From: Candidatus Fraserbacteria bacterium
GTDB taxonomy: Bacteria; Bipolaricaulota; Bipolaricaulia; RBG-16-55-9; JAJCYT01
Direction of reading: 5' to 3'
DNA: 64,000 bases
NCBI GenBank assembly: GCA_029262795.1
Contig: JAJCYT010000026.1
Span: 50,273 to 114,272, forward strand
This document shows, one piece after another, positions 29,682 to 39,023 of the stretch; the stretch's first letter is position 1, and every line of letters starts with the position of its first letter. The notes under the pieces were generated by a model. It was not told where the DNA came from, did no database searches, and worked only from the letters and a program-made list of their open reading frames with translations. Position numbers and translations under genes: made by a program.

Positions 29682-30509
29682 ATGCTCAACAAAAAAATTG
29701 CCATGATCGGCATGGGTAAAATGGGTGGGATGCTGGCCAGTTCCCTACTCAAAAAAGGTGTGGTGAATTCTGATCAACTGTGCGGCACCACCCGTCAGGA
29801 AGCATCCGCTATAAAATCGCAGAACGAATACGGCATCCGCGTGATGACCGACAATGTGAAAGCGGCTGAAGAAAGTGACGTCATTATCCTGGCCGTCAAG
29901 CCACAATCAATGGCATTGGTGCTGGAATATCTAAAGCCAGTGATCCGAAAAGACCATCTGGTCATTAGCCTTGCTGCTGCCACAGAAACCAAATTTATTG
30001 AAGATCATTTGCCTGAAGGCATTCCGGTGATTCGTTCCATGCCCAATCTCCCTTGTCTCATTGGCCAGGGCATGACCGTGCTCTGTCCTGGCAAGCACGT
30101 TGAAAAAGAACACATCGATCTGGCCACCAGCATTTTCACCGCTGTGGGTCGAGTCGATGTGATTGACCGCGACGATTTGATGGACGCTGTAACCGCCGTT
30201 TCCGGCAGTGGTCCTGCCTATGGCTACATCATTATCGAATCTCTGGCCGAGGGCGGTGTGAAGGTGGGCCTGCCTCGTTCATTGGCCACCACACTCGCAG
30301 CACAAACCATTCTCGGTGCTGCCGCGATGGTGTTGGAAACGGGTCAACATCCTGCTCAACTCAAAGACATGGTCACCACACCAGCAGGCACAACAGTCGA
30401 TGGCATCATGGCGCTGGAAGAAGGTGGCGTGCGCGTGGCCCTCATCAAAGCTGTCGAATCTGCCACACTCAAAGGCAAAGAATTGTCGGGCGAATCACAA
30501 TCCAAATGA
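29682..30509 (+). CDS. proC: Pyrroline-5-carboxylate reductase
   Basis: MLNKKIAMIGMGKMGGMLASSL is the Rossmann motif. The C-terminal dimerisation domain is ProC-like. Confidence 0.85.
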   Translation: MLNKKIAMIGMGKMGGMLASSLLKKGVVNSDQLCGTTRQEASAIKSQNEYGIRVMTDNVKAAEESDVIILAVKPQSMALVLEYLKPVIRKDHLVISLAAATETKFIEDHLPEGIPVIRSMPNLPCLIGQGMTVLCPGKHVEKEHIDLATSIFTAVGRVDVIDRDDLMDAVTAVSGSGPAYGYIIIESLAEGGVKVGLPRSLATTLAAQTILGAAAMVLETGQHPAQLKDMVTTPAGTTVDGIMALEEGGVRVALIKAVESATLKGKELSGESQSK

Positions 30510-30877
30510 CAACCTACAACACCCTTGCCCTCGTTTCTCATGATGGCAAAAAGGATGATTTGGTCGGCTTGATTAAAGGCTATGTCGATAAACTTCAGAA
30601 CGTGAATCTGGTGGCCACCGGCACCACAGGCGGATTAATCGAAGATATGACAGGCCTGGAAGTAACACGTATGAAGTCCGGCCCTCTCGGTGGGGATGCT
30701 CAAATTGCTGCCTTGGTGGTTGAAGGAAAGGTAGATGCAATGGTCTTTTTGGTAGACCCCCTCTATGCCCATCCACACGAACCAGATATCCGCACCCTGT
30801 TGCGCGTTTGCGAACTCACAAACATTCCATTTGCCACCAACGTGGCCACTGCAAAACTGCTGCTTGATTCTCTTTAA
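30506..30877 (+). CDS. mgsA: Methylglyoxal synthase
   Basis: The 123-aa protein matches the MGS fold (ALVSHDGKKDDLV...LVATGTTGGLI...VDAMVFLVDPL). Confidence 0.85.
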   Translation: MTTYNTLALVSHDGKKDDLVGLIKGYVDKLQNVNLVATGTTGGLIEDMTGLEVTRMKSGPLGGDAQIAALVVEGKVDAMVFLVDPLYAHPHEPDIRTLLRVCELTNIPFATNVATAKLLLDSL

Positions 30878-30924
30878 TTTTTGAATTCGCGCCAAAGTTA
30901 AATGATTAATTGTTTATTTAATTA

Positions 30925-30962
30925 ATTTATTCAAGAAAAAATGGAGCACCACGCAAAGGTGA
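30925..30962 (-). terminator. Putative rho-independent terminator downstream of the flotillin gene
   Basis: GGAGCACC...GGTGACGCTCC is an imperfect stem. On the minus strand it is followed by TTTTTTCTT. Confidence 0.4.
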
Positions 30963-31000
30963 CGCTCCATTCCATAAAGCTGTTCAGCTTTTGTGTGTGA

Positions 31001-33001
31001 CTATTTGTCCTCTACCACTTCTGCTTCACTATTGGAAGAAGTGGCTGCTTCAGTTTTTTGGTTGACCTCTTGAAGCAGCTTGAGTAAATCATCGGGTGTT
31101 TCGATACCGAATTCTTTCATCTTGGCTTCGATGGTACTTTCTGGCACTTTTACGCCGAACATTTTCTCGGCCAGTCCAGATAAGAAACCACCCACGCCTG
31201 TGACGGTGCCTGAGACGAGCTCTTCAATTTCAGTCGGTGTGCTTTGCACCAAGCCTTGCAGGAAGTGACCGTTTTCCTGACCGCGCGTGAAACCATTCAT
31301 CATGGCAGTTAATGTGGTTGGATCGCCCCAAATCCGCATGTCAGCCTGACCCAATGCCTGACCGAACGCTTCGGCCTGAGCCACGCGCACGGCTTGATCG
31401 GCCTCGATGTTCTTGAGCGCAATCTGCAATTCTTTGGAAATTTCCTGGTATTCTGCCTGGTTTTTCAAACTTTCACGTTCAACTTCAACGCGTTCACGTT
31501 CCACATTGACGGGCACCATTTCGACGGCTTGGTTTCCTTCCGCTTCCATCGTTTTGGCAGTTTGTTCAGCTTGAGCCAAATCAATTCTGGCTTTGGCTTG
31601 TTTTTCTGCCGCAGTTTGATCCGCTTCAGATTCTTTGATCGTGGCATAAGCTTCGATGTCAGCGCGCATGTTTTCTTCAATGCGCTGCTGTTCAGCCTGC
31701 GAATAGCGTTGAATCACAGCCACTTCTTTTTGGCGCTCAGCCTCTGCAGTCTTTTCAACGGTCAGCACAGCCTGATGCTCACGTTCCTGATCCTGCTCAG
31801 CCACAAAACGTTGAGCGTCCGCCTCAGCGCGTTGTTGTTCAGCACGGGTCACGGCAATCTGCTGCTGACGCTTGGCCACTTCCACTGCCTGAACACGGGC
31901 CACTTCTGCTGTTTCCATTGCCTGTTGCTTTTGCTGATCGGCCACATCCAACGCCTGTTGTTTGGTCACGCGAGCCACTTCGACCTCGCGCTCCTTAAGC
32001 ACCTCGGCAATGCCAGCCATCTGCTGTTGCTGCGCTTCCGTGGTGGCTGCTTCCTGATCGGCAATGGCTTTGGCGTTTCTGATTTGCTTTTCTCTGTCAG
32101 CCGCAGCTTGGGCACGTTCAATCTCGCGTTCATACACATATTGATCTCGCTGCACTTCTTGCTGCGACACTTCTTTGTCGGCTGATGCCTGGATACGTGT
32201 TTTTTCCACGCGCGCAGCCTGCGTGATTTCGGCCACGGCTTTCAACCCTTGCGCATCAAATACATTGTTTTCATCCAATTCGCTCGTCGGCGTTTGGTCA
32301 AGCTCGGAGATGGTCACACTTTCCAGCGTCAAACCATTGTGCTTGAGATCGCTTTGAACAATGTGTTGTACCCCGCTGCCGAAGTCATCACGTTCAGCAT
32401 TGAGTGTTTGCAGGTTGCGTGTGGCGGCCACGTTACGCAACGCGTTGACCGCCTTGGCGAACATGAACGTTTTTAGTTCTTCAGTTTGTTGAAGCTTGTC
32501 GCCAATCGAGGTGGCTGCATTCAGCACATCTTCACGCTTTTTGGCGACCTTGATGTAAAACTCCGCTGTGATGTCCGCACGAAGTTTATCCCCAGTAATT
32601 AAAGCATCGCGTCCTTTTCGGTCAATGTCAATACGCACCGTGCCCAATGGCACATGGATAATGCTGTGCAGAAAAGGAATCACCACCGCGCCACCATCAA
32701 TCACAATTTTGGCTTTGCTGGAGTCATCCCGGCTGGAACCCATCCCACCCGTTCGTACAAATGCCATGTTCGCTGGCGCTTTGATATACAGATTGGTTAC
32801 CACAGCCACAATCACACCCAGGAGCAGCAAGGCGGCACCAAACACCATGACTAAAATTTGAGCCGGTGTACTTAGAATATTAGGATTTATAATTGAAACA
32901 GTGATAGTTCCAATAACCATGATCAGCCCGATGAAGATGAATAAAATACCAACACCAGCCCCGCTTCCACTTTTCTTTTGTTTAGGGATTTGTCTATTCA
33001 A
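31001..33001 (-). CDS. Flotillin-like SPFH/band-7 protein with a long coiled coil (YqiK type)
   Basis: It has an N-terminal TM region. The SPFH domain is followed by an extended E/A/Q-rich coiled coil. The protein is 666 aa. Confidence 0.8.
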   Translation of the reverse strand: MNRQIPKQKKSGSGAGVGILFIFIGLIMVIGTITVSIINPNILSTPAQILVMVFGAALLLLGVIVAVVTNLYIKAPANMAFVRTGGMGSSRDDSSKAKIVIDGGAVVIPFLHSIIHVPLGTVRIDIDRKGRDALITGDKLRADITAEFYIKVAKKREDVLNAATSIGDKLQQTEELKTFMFAKAVNALRNVAATRNLQTLNAERDDFGSGVQHIVQSDLKHNGLTLESVTISELDQTPTSELDENNVFDAQGLKAVAEITQAARVEKTRIQASADKEVSQQEVQRDQYVYEREIERAQAAADREKQIRNAKAIADQEAATTEAQQQQMAGIAEVLKEREVEVARVTKQQALDVADQQKQQAMETAEVARVQAVEVAKRQQQIAVTRAEQQRAEADAQRFVAEQDQEREHQAVLTVEKTAEAERQKEVAVIQRYSQAEQQRIEENMRADIEAYATIKESEADQTAAEKQAKARIDLAQAEQTAKTMEAEGNQAVEMVPVNVERERVEVERESLKNQAEYQEISKELQIALKNIEADQAVRVAQAEAFGQALGQADMRIWGDPTTLTAMMNGFTRGQENGHFLQGLVQSTPTEIEELVSGTVTGVGGFLSGLAEKMFGVKVPESTIEAKMKEFGIETPDDLLKLLQEVNQKTEAATSSNSEAEVVEDK

Positions 33002-33027
33002 TCCTTCCTCCTTCTAGCAATTTGTAA

Positions 33028-33762
33028 TTAGTGTTTTAGACGTTCTTTTTGTTCTTGGGCGAGCGTGTCTCGACGTACCCAAAACAGTTCGGTTTGTCGG
33101 TCAAATTTCACCAGCACCACCTGAGTGCCAGCTTCAATGTCTGTTTCCGAACGACAGGGGACTTCTTGAAAATTTCCGTACTGGTCGTAGAGCATGACAG
33201 AGCCTGATTTGTCCGTGATGGAATATCGTGCTTCGCCAATTCTGCCGACCAGATCGCTGTCTTTGGTGGCCAGGGTTTGCATGGTGGGCATGATTTTTGC
33301 GATCTGTTTAGACAAAAAACCAGTGCCAAAAAACATCACGAAACCAGCACCCGCCATCGAAAGTAAGGCCATCAAATCAGGTGCGCTATCGAAACCTGGG
33401 ATCAGCCCGTTCAGGAACCAGCCTGTCAGTCCCCACAGCAAGCCGGAAGTGATCATGACAATGGAAATCGGAATCCGCCCCACGCCCAAAAAGCCCAGCG
33501 TTCGTATGAAAAGCCCTGGTTCATAGTCGAGGTCATGACCCACGGTTTCTGTGTCCGTGTCCACATCGACATCAAACTCTATGTCGTTGGGCAGTACTTC
33601 CATATCGACATCCACATCAGCATCTAGGTCGATGTCCTGATCCACATCCATATCCTGATCGGATTGAAACAAGCCCGTCGCTTGCAGCAACGACAGCATG
33701 GCTGCAAACAGCAACGGCAATTCGAAGATGAGGTAATACCACTTCAAAAATTCCATCTTCAC
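33028..33762 (-). CDS. NfeD-like membrane protein (YqiJ type), partner of the flotillin
   Basis: It has TM helices, an Asp-rich acidic loop and a C-terminal OB-fold-like segment. It lies immediately upstream of the flotillin gene. Confidence 0.6.
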   Translation of the reverse strand: MKMEFLKWYYLIFELPLLFAAMLSLLQATGLFQSDQDMDVDQDIDLDADVDVDMEVLPNDIEFDVDVDTDTETVGHDLDYEPGLFIRTLGFLGVGRIPISIVMITSGLLWGLTGWFLNGLIPGFDSAPDLMALLSMAGAGFVMFFGTGFLSKQIAKIMPTMQTLATKDSDLVGRIGEARYSITDKSGSVMLYDQYGNFQEVPCRSETDIEAGTQVVLVKFDRQTELFWVRRDTLAQEQKERLKH

Positions 33763-33771
33763 TCACTTTCC

Positions 33772-34288
33772 CTAGCGTTCGCTCTCGTTGGCTTCATCGG
33801 ATTCAAGCTGAGCTTCCAATGCCGCCAATGTGTATTCTATTTCGTCGAGTTCTAATAATTGTTGAATTTTTGCTGCCATCGCCTCGTAAGCATCATCTGT
33901 GGCTGAATTGGTTTCAGTCTGAGTCGCTTCAGCCTTTTGATCTAAAAAGGCTTGATATGCTGTATCCGCTTCTTTTTTCAACGCTCGATAACGATCTTTG
34001 AGTTCAGGAATTTTGTTGGATGCCTGCACTTGAAGCCGCACACACTGCTCGGCTTGAGTGCGATCCCCTTCTTTTAAAAACTTTTCTGCAAGTTGTTTGT
34101 TGGCCTCAATTTCTTCAATTGTGTTTGTAATTTCATCCCGAACATCCTCAGCCAGCGCAATTTGATACGAAGCCTCTTTTCGCTTTTCCTCAACTTTTTG
34201 ATTGATTTCAAAGCTCATATCATGGACTTCAACATCTTCAATAGCATCGCCATCTAAAAAAGTCTTAATATTTTTCCATAGACGGGAA
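33772..34288 (-). CDS. pspA: PspA/IM30 family protein
   Basis: The start is MMFSRLWKNIKTFLDG, with AGGAG 8 nt upstream. The protein is all alpha-helical and charged, as in PspA. Confidence 0.65.
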
Positions 34289-34715
34289 AACATCATATGT
34301 TCGCTCCTTCGCTGCTGATCATAGCCCAGAGCATTTTTCCCGACAAATCGAAAATTTACTCTATCTTCGAGCTGCCATAGCTGGCTTTTGTTATAGAAAT
34401 TCTGTTGTCCATCATGCCTGCGAAAACAAGAATTAAAACCAATTCCCACCTTTGCAGGGACGATGAAGTGTTGATTCACACAACTGCTTGTGTGTGATAA
34501 TTGAAAGCTTTTCCACCCTTTCCTCTATTTACGCCGATGCGGCCAAAGTGTTGCATCAAGTTACTTCCATTCATACTTTTCCATCCTTTCAAATGAACGA
34601 CAAAACTCTTGCGTGATTCAAAACAAAGAGGTACACTTCTCATTTCTGCGGGTTAGGCTGTTTCGACACAGGGCGTGTTGGGGTTTCTTTTTTTCCAAAT
34701 TTAAAAAGTGAGTAT

Positions 34716-35516
34716 TTGATGCTGTATCTTGCGCTATTTCGCAAGGGCTTTCAGCGGATGATGGCCTACCGTTCAGCCACGCTGGCGGGGATTGCGACCA
34801 ATTTCTTTTTTGGGTTGCTGCGTACTTATCTGTTCATCGCGGTGTTTGATGCCAGTGGACAGGTAAGCATTGGTGGTTTTTCACTTCGGGACGCCATTAC
34901 ATTTACTGCACTCACCCAGGCATTTGGCTCCTCTCTTGGTATCATCAACTGGTGGTGGGAAGTGGGCAAAACCATCGAGTCTGGCGAAATTATTACAGAC
35001 TTAACCAAACCGTTTCATTATTTCAGTTTTTGGTTATCTCGTGACTTGGGCCGCATGGTGTTTCAAGTGATCTTTCGTGGATTGCCCATCATGATTGTGT
35101 ATCCATTTTTCTTTGAACTCACCTGGCCAACGTCGATGGCTCAATGGCTTTTGTTTTCGCTAAGTCTGTCGATGGCCATGATCATCAGTTTTTGCTGGCA
35201 TTTCTGGATGAATTGCTTGTCCTTTTGGTTTGTGAATGCCAAAGGCTTTGGACGCTTTGCCTGGTTGGCCGCCGCGTTCTTTTCAGGGTTTCTGATCCCA
35301 CTTTCATTTTTTCCAGACTGGTTAAAAGCTATAGCTATGTGGACGCCTTTGCCTGCCATTATCAACACACCCATTGAAATTTACCTCGGTGTCGCTCAAG
35401 GCGCCGCATTGTGGGAGGCGCTGGGCCTTCAGCTGTTTTGGGTGATCGCCTTTACAATCATTTGTGAACTCACATTCCGCGCAGGCCGTAAGCGCCTGGT
35501 GATTCAAGGAGGCTGA
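34716..35516 (+). CDS. ABC-2 type transporter permease (uncharacterised COG4587/COG3694-type system)
   Basis: The 266-aa polytopic protein is the first of two permeases preceding an ABC ATPase. Confidence 0.65.
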   Translation: MMLYLALFRKGFQRMMAYRSATLAGIATNFFFGLLRTYLFIAVFDASGQVSIGGFSLRDAITFTALTQAFGSSLGIINWWWEVGKTIESGEIITDLTKPFHYFSFWLSRDLGRMVFQVIFRGLPIMIVYPFFFELTWPTSMAQWLLFSLSLSMAMIISFCWHFWMNCLSFWFVNAKGFGRFAWLAAAFFSGFLIPLSFFPDWLKAIAMWTPLPAIINTPIEIYLGVAQGAALWEALGLQLFWVIAFTIICELTFRAGRKRLVIQGG

Positions 35517-35518
35517 TC

Positions 35519-36322
35519 ATGATTGAAGGATTTCGCTTATACGCCCGTTTGATGAGCGCACAAATTCGCTCCCAGATGCAGTACAAAATGTCATTCATCA
35601 TGGAGTTTGCCTCCACCTTCATGGGCATGATTTTGGAATTCGCCAGTGTCGTGGTGCTTTTTATCCACATGCCTGCCCTGGATGGATGGACCCTGGCCGA
35701 AGTTGCTTTCCTCTACGGCTCCGCAGAATTTGCGATGGCCTTGTCTCAGGTGATTACATCTGGCTTTGATGTCTTCCCTGAAACAGTTCGGTTGGGAAAA
35801 TTCGACAGCATTTTGATTCGACCTCGAAATGCAATGTTTCAGGTGTTTGCCTCTGAACTTGCAATTCGGCGCTTTGGCCGTGCAGCACAAGGTTTGTTTG
35901 TTCTGGGCATTGCTATCTGGTGGATGGATGTGGACTGGGGCGTGGCTGAATGGTCCATGCTTGCGGTCATGATTCTCGGTGGTGTGGTGTTTTTTGCAGG
36001 TTTGTTCATCATCGGCGCGACTTTTTCATTTTGGACTGTGGAAGGATTGGAGGCCATGAACATCCTCACCTATGGCGGCTCAACCATGGTGGCCTATCCA
36101 ATGAGTATTTATGCCGAGTGGATGCGAAATGTGTTTATCTTCATCATCCCCTTGGCATTTGTCAATTATTATCCATCTTTATTTTTGCTCAACAAAGTGG
36201 ACCCGTTTGGGCTGCCTGGGTTCATGCCATTTTTATCGCTTCCGTTGTGCAGTCTGGTTTTATTGGCTTCATTGGTGTTTTGGCATTTTGGCATAAAACG
36301 GTATCAAAGTACAGGGCACTGA
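35519..36322 (+). CDS. ABC-2 type transporter permease, second subunit
   Basis: The protein is 267 aa and polytopic. Its start is 3 nt after the previous stop. Confidence 0.65.
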   Translation: MIEGFRLYARLMSAQIRSQMQYKMSFIMEFASTFMGMILEFASVVVLFIHMPALDGWTLAEVAFLYGSAEFAMALSQVITSGFDVFPETVRLGKFDSILIRPRNAMFQVFASELAIRRFGRAAQGLFVLGIAIWWMDVDWGVAEWSMLAVMILGGVVFFAGLFIIGATFSFWTVEGLEAMNILTYGGSTMVAYPMSIYAEWMRNVFIFIIPLAFVNYYPSLFLLNKVDPFGLPGFMPFLSLPLCSLVLLASLVFWHFGIKRYQSTGH

Positions 36323-36336
36323 GTGAGGGAGGTTGA

Positions 36337-37335
36337 ATGAGTTTTATCAAAGTAGATCAGCTTTGTAAGACGTTTAAGGTAGCCACCCACAAACGGGGAT
36401 TTGTGGGGGCCATTCGTAATTTGGCTTCCAGGCAGCATAGCCTAGTGAAAGCCGTCCAAGACATTTCCTTCCAAATTAAACGAGGCGAGTTGGTGGGCTA
36501 TCTCGGTCCAAACGGTGCAGGGAAGTCCACAACCATCAAGATGCTGACTGGCATTCTTGTCCCCAGCAGTGGTCAAATTACGGTCGGAAATATTATCCCC
36601 TGGGAACAGCGAAACCAACACACGCGCCGCATTGGCGTCGTATTCGGACAGCGCACAAACTTATGGTGGGATTTACCTGTGATTGAAAGTTTCGATCTGC
36701 TCAAATACATCTACAATGTTCCCGAGGATCGCTTTAAGCAGAATCTAAAAAAGTTCGAGGATTTGCTGGAACTCGGTGAATTTTCCAACACCCCCGTCCG
36801 CAGCCTGAGCCTCGGTCAACGGATGCGTGCCGACCTTGCTGCCGCCCTCCTGCACGATCCCGAAGTTGTGTTTCTCGATGAACCCACCATCGGCCTGGAT
36901 GTCGTCGCCAAAGATCGAATCCGAACCTTTATTAAAGAAATTAACCAAAATGCGGGCGTCACATTCATCCTCACCACCCACGATTTAGGCGATGTGCAAA
37001 AGCTCTGCCGCCGCGTGATGATGATCGACCACGGTAAACTATTATTCGACGGCCCCTTGCAAGAACTCCAAGACCGCTTCGGCCAGGAGCGCGAACTCGA
37101 AGTCGATTTCGCCGACGATTACGAAGATGTCTCCATCCCAGGGGCAAAGATCATTCAACAACAAGGTCGACAAACCACCTACCGCTTTTCAAGAGAACAA
37201 ATGAGTGCGTCTAAACTCATCCAATCTCTCGCAGAAAAATTCCAAATCATCGACCTCACCGTCCGCGAACCGGATGTAGAAAACACCATTCGCCATATTT
37301 ACGAAAAGAAATTGTTGAGTCACCAAAATGACTAA
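36337..37335 (+). CDS. ABC transporter ATP-binding protein
   Basis: The Walker A motif is GPNGAGKST. The ABC signature is LSLGQRMR. The Walker B motif is VVFLDEPT. The H-loop is TTHD. Confidence 0.85.
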   Translation: MSFIKVDQLCKTFKVATHKRGFVGAIRNLASRQHSLVKAVQDISFQIKRGELVGYLGPNGAGKSTTIKMLTGILVPSSGQITVGNIIPWEQRNQHTRRIGVVFGQRTNLWWDLPVIESFDLLKYIYNVPEDRFKQNLKKFEDLLELGEFSNTPVRSLSLGQRMRADLAAALLHDPEVVFLDEPTIGLDVVAKDRIRTFIKEINQNAGVTFILTTHDLGDVQKLCRRVMMIDHGKLLFDGPLQELQDRFGQERELEVDFADDYEDVSIPGAKIIQQQGRQTTYRFSREQMSASKLIQSLAEKFQIIDLTVREPDVENTIRHIYEKKLLSHQND

Positions 37336-37338
37336 TCA

Positions 37339-37680
37339 TTGCGATTCGAACAAATTGTGATTTCCAACGTATATTATGATGTGATGATTTATAAAGATTA
37401 TGTTGTAAACGAATGGAAACGGCGAATCAGAATAAGACTCATCCTTCTTGGCTTCATATTAGCTTGCTTAGCTTTATTTGTTACATTAGGTATTTATCGA
37501 GGATCATGTTTAGAAAATTGTTTTGACCCTACTGTGCCAATGATCATATTAGGCGTACTTTTTCTAACATTATTCTTTGTTGCTCTTAGATATGTCCGGT
37601 GTCCTGCCTGTGAAAAATTTACAGGGAGAGACACTAACAAATTTTGTACCAATTGCGGTGTGAAGCTAAAGGAAATATGA
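37339..37680 (+). CDS. Small membrane protein with a C-terminal zinc ribbon (paralogue 1)
   Basis: It has two TM helices and then CPACEKF-x9-CTNCG. The local GC is about 35%. Confidence 0.5.
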   Translation: MRFEQIVISNVYYDVMIYKDYVVNEWKRRIRIRLILLGFILACLALFVTLGIYRGSCLENCFDPTVPMIILGVLFLTLFFVALRYVRCPACEKFTGRDTNKFCTNCGVKLKEI

Positions 37681-37976
37681 AAGATCAAGAATTATTTATG
37701 AGTCGCTGGCAAAAGCGTAAGAAATGGAAAAGATTTCTCTCAGCTTCTTCAATTGTTAGTTCTATTGTTTTTGTTATTCTATTCTTTAATTGGAATTGGT
37801 TTTTATCTGGAAATATTTATGCCGACATAGTGTTTTACTTCGCATTACCTGCCCTACCAATTCAGATAGGGCTAATCTATGGATTATCAAACTGCCCAAA
37901 ATGCGGTGAAATCCCTGGAGGAAAAAGTTTTATGTTTTGCAAAAACTGTGGAGTAAGACTTGAAGAGACCGATTAA
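37677..37976 (+). CDS. Small membrane protein with a C-terminal zinc ribbon (paralogue 2)
   Basis: It has an ATGA overlap with the previous ORF. It has TM helices and then CPKCGEI-x9-CKNCG. Confidence 0.5.
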   Translation: MKDQELFMSRWQKRKKWKRFLSASSIVSSIVFVILFFNWNWFLSGNIYADIVFYFALPALPIQIGLIYGLSNCPKCGEIPGGKSFMFCKNCGVRLEETD

Positions 37977-37982
37977 CCACAA

Positions 37983-38064
37983 CCACAGCCGCCGGATTCT
38001 GCTTGGGCTTCGCTGGGGTTTTCGATGTAAAAACCTTTGCCGTGTTCGCCGGATGTGAAATCTA
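37983..38064 (-). pseudogene. Truncated remnant of an iscA-like gene 3' end (it encodes ...SGEHGKGFYIENPSEAQAESGGCGCG)
   Basis: It is a diverged duplicate of 39027-39135. It abuts the stop of the hydrolase gene and has no N-terminal part. Confidence 0.7.
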
Positions 38065-39021
38065 GTTTTTATTCAAGAAATCATTCACCAACTGCGCAAT
38101 TTCATCTGGCGCATCTTCTGGGCTGTAATGACCAACATTCGGTAGCCGTTGAATTGGAGCATCTGGAAAAAGCTGGCTGAAAAGTGGCAGGAAATGTTCG
38201 GCGTGAAGGGTGCGATCCTGCTCTCCCCAGATGGCAAGCGCGGGTTTGTTTTTGATTTTAGCTTTCACTGAATCATCTGGATCTTCAAATTGGTGCATCC
38301 CTGTAGCAAAACCTTTGGCCCATCCAATTGCACCTGCTGCATGGGCAGGTGTAGGAAACGGCGCACGATAAGCATTGATCCAAGTGTCATTAATGATTTC
38401 ATTTCGAACAAAACCGTTCAATTTGAGCGTGGAAAGCATGTTGTAGTCAAGATGTCCCAACACTTCTTCAAGGATACCTTTTTCCTCCGACTGACCAATC
38501 CATTGAAACCAAGGCGAAACAGCAACATTGGCCATGACACGATCAAGTAAGTCAGATTGCCCTAATGGCGTTGGGCCGTTGACGGAGGCGATTCGCTTGA
38601 TTCTATCTGGCTGGCGAGCTGCCAATCCCATGCCAGCCGGTCCGCCGAAATCATGCATCACCAGAGTGATGTCATTCAGGTCGAGCTTTTTTACAAATGA
38701 TTCCAAATTGTCGATATGATCTTGAAGCCAATAGGTACGATCCTGTGGTGCAGCACTTTTACCAAACCCCATATGGTCTACAGCAATTACTCGCGCGCTT
38801 TTTGACCAAACAGGAATTTGTTGACGGAACAAATATCCCCACGTTGGCTCGCCATGAAGCAGCAAAAGTGTTTCTTCGCCTTTTCCTTCATCGACGTAAT
38901 GCATCTTGAATCCTGGGGCATCTGTAAATCGAGCTTGGAATGGCCAGGAGCCATCAAATGTTTCATTGGCAGAAACCGCCGGAGTTTGAGCAGATGGTTT
39001 CAGATCAGCATTTGCTGACAT
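38062..39021 (-). CDS. Alpha/beta-fold hydrolase (haloalkane dehalogenase or epoxide hydrolase-like)
   Basis: The oxyanion hole is HGEPTWGYLF. The nucleophile elbow is DHMGFGKS. The start is chosen at MSANADL, directly after the iscA-like stop. Confidence 0.7.
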   Translation of the reverse strand: MSANADLKPSAQTPAVSANETFDGSWPFQARFTDAPGFKMHYVDEGKGEETLLLLHGEPTWGYLFRQQIPVWSKSARVIAVDHMGFGKSAAPQDRTYWLQDHIDNLESFVKKLDLNDITLVMHDFGGPAGMGLAARQPDRIKRIASVNGPTPLGQSDLLDRVMANVAVSPWFQWIGQSEEKGILEEVLGHLDYNMLSTLKLNGFVRNEIINDTWINAYRAPFPTPAHAAGAIGWAKGFATGMHQFEDPDDSVKAKIKNKPALAIWGEQDRTLHAEHFLPLFSQLFPDAPIQRLPNVGHYSPEDAPDEIAQLVNDFLNKN

Positions 39022-39023
39022 GG

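Noticed and set aside
31394-32185. 263-aa plus-strand ORF
   Set aside because: It lies antisense inside the flotillin coiled-coil gene. It is low-complexity (F/L/H-rich) and is a reading-frame shadow of the repetitive E/A/Q codons.
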